Source of the DNA: Octopus sinensis
Taxonomy: Eukaryota
NCBI RefSeq assembly: GCF_006345805.1
Contig: NW_021836212.1
Span: 1-25,786, forward strand
Length of the DNA stretch: 25,786 bases
Reading direction: 5' to 3'
Shown: positions 20,519 to 25,786 of the stretch, one piece after another
Numbering within the stretch: position 1 is the first letter of the stretch
Layout of the letters: the number at the start of each line of letters is the position of its first letter
Made by a program: the position numbers and the translations under genes
Notes under the pieces: generated by a model
What the model saw: only the letters and a program-made list of their open reading frames with translations
Told to the model about the DNA's origin: nothing
The model's database searches: none

Positions 20519-22508
20519 TGTTTTCTTTATTAGCCACACAGGGCTGCACACAGATAGAACAAATTACAAGGTAGAGCTTTTCTTTTGAAGGTATTAAAAA
20601 AAAAAAAAAAAAAAAAAAGGAAGGGAGGTTCGATCAAAAGGGATCGTAAAAGGAGAGAAAGAGGACAAAAATAAGGGGGTTAAAAAAAAAAAAAAAAAAA
20701 AGGGGGGGAGAGGAAAAAAAATGATCATAGGGATCGTTATCACAGAAATGTCAATATGAAGTGTAAAGGGGAGGACAGGTGAGGTTTACCCGTGGAAAGA
20801 AAAGCCTGCGGAAAGACCACGGTAACCTCGGTCAATGAAGTCACATTTTATATTTCTTTTTTTTTTTTTTTTTTTTTTTTTTGCAAATAAGCAACTCTCT
20901 GTTTTCGATTTCTGGGTTCATAGGACTATGCTCAAGGTGGCTTCGTCATTCATACGTGCCATTCTTGCTACATTCACCCATCTTTTTTAAAACATTCGCT
21001 AGACAAAACTTGCCTCTCTACTCTCACTTTCCTTTTCAAGTGGTACTTGAAGAAGTTGGAGAGATTGACCAGAGAGGAAAGTGTTTGTCTCCAATCCTTT
21101 CAGACGCGTCCACCAGATACATTCTTTCGCCATAGCCACAAGGATGATGAAAATAGCTCTTCCTTCCCGTTTGAAGGAAGGAGGCGTGACAATATTGACG
21201 ATAGACTCAGCTGATAAACCGACTCGTCCCACACGTGACAGCAGTTGTTCGACATAAGCCCACAGGTCGGAAATTGTTGGACACTGAACGAGTGCGTGCA
21301 GAACGGTTTCGTCGCTCTGACCGCATCTCGGGCAGGTCGGCCCCGTGTTTCTCGAGCCGTGTCTGTAGAGCTTATCCCGAACGGGTAGCGCTTCTCGGTA
21401 GCACTGCCAGGCCAGGGATCTCTGGAAGTTGTCCATGGGCCCTGGCCCGAAAGTCGTCCCGAACAGGCGGGTCAGGTACTCCTCGTCGACGTCCAGGTTC
21501 GCCCCGAGCTCGTCGTCGTACCTCCCCTCCACTAAACCCCTATAGAATGCTTGGTTGTGTTTGAAGTCACTTAGGTCGACCCAGGACGGCAGACTTGCTT
21601 GAGAGCAACGCGACACTCGCGGTGCCATTCGCCCTTCCTCGGCCTCTTTTTGATCCACGACTGCAGTTCGGTCATGGAGACGAGCTGCGGGAAAGCGTGC
21701 CTCACAAACGGCGACCACACCTGTTCACCGTCGTCTACATAGAGCCAGAGATGTCGCAGTCTCAGCGCGTGTCTGCGCATCATCAACCACGGCATGCCCA
21801 GCCCTCCTTTTAACGGGTGTTGACAGCAAATGGATCGCCTGACCATCGGGACGCATCCTTTCCACAAGAAGCGAAAGAGGATGCGTTGTAGTTTGGTGAT
21901 GGTAGGGTCGGGACAAGGTCGACGGTCAGGCGGTAGTAGATGACGGACGCGATGTACGTGTTCGCCACCCACCTCCGCTCGACCTTTTAGGGACAGTTTC
22001 CTCTCGGCCCATTGCCGGGCGAGAGTGACCACCCTACTCGTTATCTCGTTCCAGTTCTTCTCCACTTGGAGGTCCGGACCAAACCAGACCCCGAGCAACT
22101 CAACCGGGCCCGGGCCGTCGGTCCAGCGTCCCACGACGGAGGCGCTGTGGACGGCATGGGCTTGCTTCTCAGGTGCCTAGTCGCAAGCCCACTGACTTTT
22201 CCCGGTTGATTTTCGCTCCTGTCACCGCTTCGTAGTTTTTCAGTGTCTCGTCGGCTCGCCGACCAGCTCGATGTGCTCGTGGCTAGACACTATGACGTGA
22301 CGTCGTCCGCGTATGCAGACACGCTCGTCCCGCATCCCAATTCTCGCGGGATGCCCCTTAAGTCGCCAGCTTCCGCAGTAGTAGCTCAAGAGTCAATACG
22401 TATAGAAGCGCCGAGAGGGGGCATCCCTGACGGACCGAACGTGCAATGTCGAAAGGTCTCGATAGATGTCCATTTACGCGAATTACCGAACGGATGCCTC
22501 TGTACAAG
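20519..22508 (-). mobile_element. 5'-truncated Tx1-type (L1 superfamily) LINE: RT C-terminal half, CCHC zinc finger and 3' UTR
   Basis: RT motifs SVRQGCPLSALLY (QGCPLS at 22412-22429), YADD (22302-22313), GAKINREKS, LLGVWFG, LFRFLWKG and GGLGMP, plus the zinc knuckle CPRC..ETVLHALVQC. Stop at 20918-20920; AATAAA at 20526-20531 (minus strand); 11-bp direct repeat GCAGATAGATA at 20508-20518 and 22509-22519. Much more GC/CpG-rich than its flanks. Confidence 0.88.
20918..22508 (-). pseudogene. Disrupted LINE ORF2 (reverse transcriptase and zinc finger)
   Basis: ORF-track pieces 22358..22675, 21571..22134 and 20999..21718 join into one ORF2 across at least six frameshifts, for example after LAT, after YADDVT, a GGTG duplication near 21965, near 21575 and near 21060. 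Confidence 0.88.
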
Positions 22509-22510
22509 GC

Positions 22511-22660
<150 letters not shown>

Positions 22661-22760
22661 ATTTTGACAAATCAACTATTTCAAATGAACTTCCTTAATA
22701 ACCTGGTTCCAATTCTACAAAAAATACCCTGTTAGTCTTTTTATCTCTTTTATCTGTTTG

Positions 22761-22825
<65 letters not shown>

Positions 22826-22913
22826 GAAACATATCTATCTTTCTTTCTATCTATCTATCTTTATATAGTTCTATCTATCTATCTTTATATAGTTCTATCT
22901 ATCTATCTATCTA

Positions 22914-22960
<47 letters not shown>
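22761..22960. repeat. (CTAT)n of about 16 perfect units, then degenerate copies and (TA)n
   Basis: Read directly. Confidence 0.95.
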
Positions 22961-22963
<3 letters not shown>

Positions 22964-22986
22964 TATGTACATTATTACTTATTTGC

Positions 22987-23400
22987 ATGTGGCTGTGTGG
23001 TAAGTAGCTTGCTTACCAACCACATGGTTCCGGGTTCAGTCCCACTGCGTGGCATCTTGGGCAAGTGTCTTCTGCTATAGCCTCGGGCCGACCAATGCCT
23101 TGTGAGTGGATTTGGTAGACGGAAACTGAAAGAAGCCCGTCGTATATATGTATATATATATATGTATGTGTGTGTTTGTGTGTCTGTGTTTGTCCCCCTA
23201 GCATTGCTTGACAACCGATGCTGGTGTGTTTACGTCCCCGTCACTTAACGGTTCGGCAAAAAGAGACCGATAGAATAAGTACTGGGATTACAAAAGAATA
23301 AGTCCCGGGGTCGATTTGCTCGACTAAAGGCGGTGCTCCAGCATGGCCGCAGTCAAATGACTGAAACAAGTAAAAGAGTAAAAGAGTAAAAGAGAGAGAG
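22987..23400 (+). mobile_element. Full-length SINE family 'A' copy, young subfamily
   Basis: About 96% identical by manual count to 9855-10270 outside the microsatellite. Candidate 7-bp TSD TATTTGC (22980-22986, 23401-23407); tail (TAAAAGAG)3. Confidence 0.92.
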
Positions 23401-23531
23401 TATTTGCTTTACTTCCTTACTTGGGTTGTCCTTTTCCTAAAAATACAGCCTCACGAATTATTCACAACTTTTAGGGGTGTTTAAATTAGCTCATATATAG
23501 AAATTTAAGGAGAGAATGTTAGCCTTTAATA

Positions 23532-23583
<52 letters not shown>

Positions 23584-24940
23584 CAGTGTGTTTCAAAAAA
23601 TTTGATATCATTGGGATGTAAATATCACAGAAACTACATACTCAAAGCAAATGAAACTAAACAGGCTTAATGTTGAGCAACATAAGATGTATTCCTTTTA
23701 TTTTGAATGAGAAATTCAAAGGTATATGGATTCCATGAACGATTTCACAAACGTTCAATAGCGCACCGCCTGAGAGACGGCACGCGTCAAGTCAGTAGTT
23801 CAGCTCCTCTCAAACACGCTGCGGCATGTCTTGGGTAACAGTCTCCAGTGCAGAAGTGATTCTCTGCTCGAATTCCTCTAGGTTTGCAGGAAAAGGGGGA
23901 CATAGACCAGGCCTCTAATATACACCCAGAAAAAAAAATCGCAAGGTGTCAGCTCAGGTGAACATGGCGGCCATTTCAATAGCATATTGTCTTCATCACC
24001 ATCACACCCAATCCATTCCCCTCGCATATTGTCATTGTGATAAGCCCGCACAGTAAGATTCCAGTGAGATGGAGCCCCATCTTGTTGAAAAATGAAGTCT
24101 TCATGTTCATTTGCAATGAATTCATCCATTAGCCAGTTCTGAAGCATTTGCAGATAAACAATGCTGATCACATTTCCCTCAAAGAAAAACGGGCCATGAA
24201 GATGCTTCTTAAAGACGGCGCAGAATACATTCACTTTTGGTGAGTCCCTCTCATGCTTAACTGTGGCACGAGGATTCTCTTTGCCCCAAATGCGAAAATT
24301 ATGCTTATTGACTTTGCCATTCGTATGAAATGTGGTCTCATCACTGAAAACAAGACATTCGTTGAACCCGTTTTCTTCAAGTTTCTCTTGCATATCAACA
24401 CAGAATTGTTTGCGCTTTCGCTTCTCATCTGTTTTTATGGCCTGAACGAGCTGCAGCTTGTAGGGTTTCATTAGCAAGCGTTTCCTCAGGATGCGCCAAC
24501 TATCGTTGGAGGAATCTGGGTTTCCAGACTTGTTCTTCTTATGGACTTCTTGGGGCTTCGCAAGAGTTTTTGTCGAACCCGCTCGACCGTTTCTTCCGAT
24601 GTTAGTGGCTGTCCATATCCTTTTGCCTTCCTCTTTGAATTTTTTTTTTCTTTCGTGTCATGTCCGAACCTGCATTGCCGTTGATGATCTTTTAGAGAAC
24701 TCTCTCACAAATGCACGCTGCACAGTTGTTTGACTGTGTTCCATCATGCTTCAATACACAAAACGCCTTTTCTCTTCCAATGAATGCCATTTCTCTACCT
24801 GAAAAGATAAACATATCAAACATTAAACATAAAATTTTAACCCATTTCTACACATGCTGTTAAAATTTGAAGTCATTTGAACAAGAACTGGCAAAGTTGT
24901 TAGATTGTGAAATGACACCAAATTTCTTTGAAGCACCCTG
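23584..24940 (-). mobile_element. Full-length decayed Tc1/mariner transposon (rosa/DD41D-related, DD46D), 1357 bp
   Basis: TIRs CAGTGTGTTTCAAAAAATTTGATATCATT (23584-23612) and the reverse complement of 24911-24940, CAGGGTGCTTCAAAGAAATTTGGTGTCATT. TA lies on both sides. Confidence 0.93.
23745..24790 (-). pseudogene. Transposase pseudogene (DDD triad FSDE / QQDGAP / SPELTPCD)
   Basis: Starts MAFIGREKAFCVL at 24790. The N-terminal part has frameshifts and a stop, the catalytic ORF 23878..24477 is open, and the C-terminal ANLEEFEQRITSALETVTQDM...GGA..IERL* is in a shifted frame with stops. Confidence 0.9.
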
Positions 24941-25315
24941 TATATATATCAGCACCCGAGTTCTATATATCAGTCTTGTTTAAATAGACATGACTCCAAG
25001 AACAGTAACGCATTACAAAATGATTAATAACACCATACCTATGTCATTTCTAACGTCCTTTTAGTTTTTTCAGCTACCGACGAGTACTTTATAACAACTC
25101 AGATACTTAAATATGAATTTCGTGTCATTGTCTATGAAACAATTGTATAACTACATGAATAAAAAAAAAATAATCACCCATATTAACATCTATTCTCCTC
25201 CATTTACGTAAGTATGAACAAACTCTGTTTAATAAGTTAAATCATATACTTACTACTTCTATATAACGTTTCATATCTACATAAATTTACACCAGTAAAT
25301 TCAAAATTATGAAGA

Positions 25316-25351
<36 letters not shown>

Positions 25352-25439
25352 CCGTCTGTTTTTTTGTGTCGTCTCCTTGTGTGTTTTTGCGTTCTTGTCC
25401 CACTTTGTAATTTATATTTTACATTTAATTTCTATACAT

Positions 25440-25575
25440 ATATATATATATATAAATGTATGTATGTATGTATGTATGTATGTATGTATGTATGTATGTA
25501 TGTATGTATGTATGTATGTTGTATGTATGTATGTATGCATGTGTGTACGTATGTATGTATGCATGTATGTATATA
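25440..25575. repeat. (TATG)n microsatellite
   Basis: Read directly. Confidence 0.95.
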
Positions 25576-25590
25576 AGCCAAATGAGGATT

Positions 25591-25786
25591 AACACTTTCT
25601 ACCTTGCATTATTTTCAGACAGTGGACGTGTTTGGGTCTTGGAGGCTTCCCAATCAAGAATTTGATTTGAAAAGACTCCAACCAACTGTGAAGCATGGCG
25701 GTATCTCTGAAATGGTGTGGTGAACTGTCACCAGCAATGGTCGTTCTGAGCTGATTGAATGTGTTGGCACCATAAACTCTGAAAAT
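25591..25786 (+). pseudogene. Tc1-family transposase relic, running off the window end
   Basis: [16 protein letters not shown], then a frameshift to [59 protein letters not shown] is the conserved Tc1 motif after the first catalytic Asp. Confidence 0.8.

Noticed and set aside
20857-20882. Poly(T) run as the LINE's true poly(A) tail
   Set aside because: Non-simple UTR-like sequence continues to an AATAAA at 20526-20531, and the 11-bp direct repeat lies at 20508-20518, so the end is better placed at about 20519.

Overview
AT-rich eukaryotic non-coding DNA saturated with microsatellites and interspersed repeats. The repeat content resembles an Octopus genome; that assignment is an inference from the SINE families as I recall them and from the extreme di-/tri-/tetranucleotide density. 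I recognise no host protein-coding exon, RNA gene or prokaryotic system, and most ORF-track entries are translations of simple repeats. Supported content: (1) a 5'-truncated, frameshifted Tx1-type (L1 superfamily) LINE on the minus strand (~20519-22508), bounded by an 11-bp direct repeat at a (GACA)n/(GATA)n junction; (2) a short C-terminal fragment of an R4/Dong-like restriction-endonuclease-type LINE between two (TAA)n tracts (11271-11535), absent from the ORF track; (3) a full-length but decayed Tc1/mariner with DD46D spacing (23584-24940) and a Tc1 transposase relic at the window end; (4) four MITEs (two hAT-type, one Tc1-type, one near-perfect palindrome) and a Helentron-associated (HINE/DINE-1-like) element; (5) about 15 copies or fragments of three tRNA-derived SINE families that share modules; (6) an 85-bp tandem array and a 120-bp higher-order repeat within an (ATC)n tract that reads as an Asp-rich ORF. 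The best lead is that two unrelated LINE clades each sit inside a specific microsatellite, suggesting microsatellite-targeted retrotransposition. No database searches were run.
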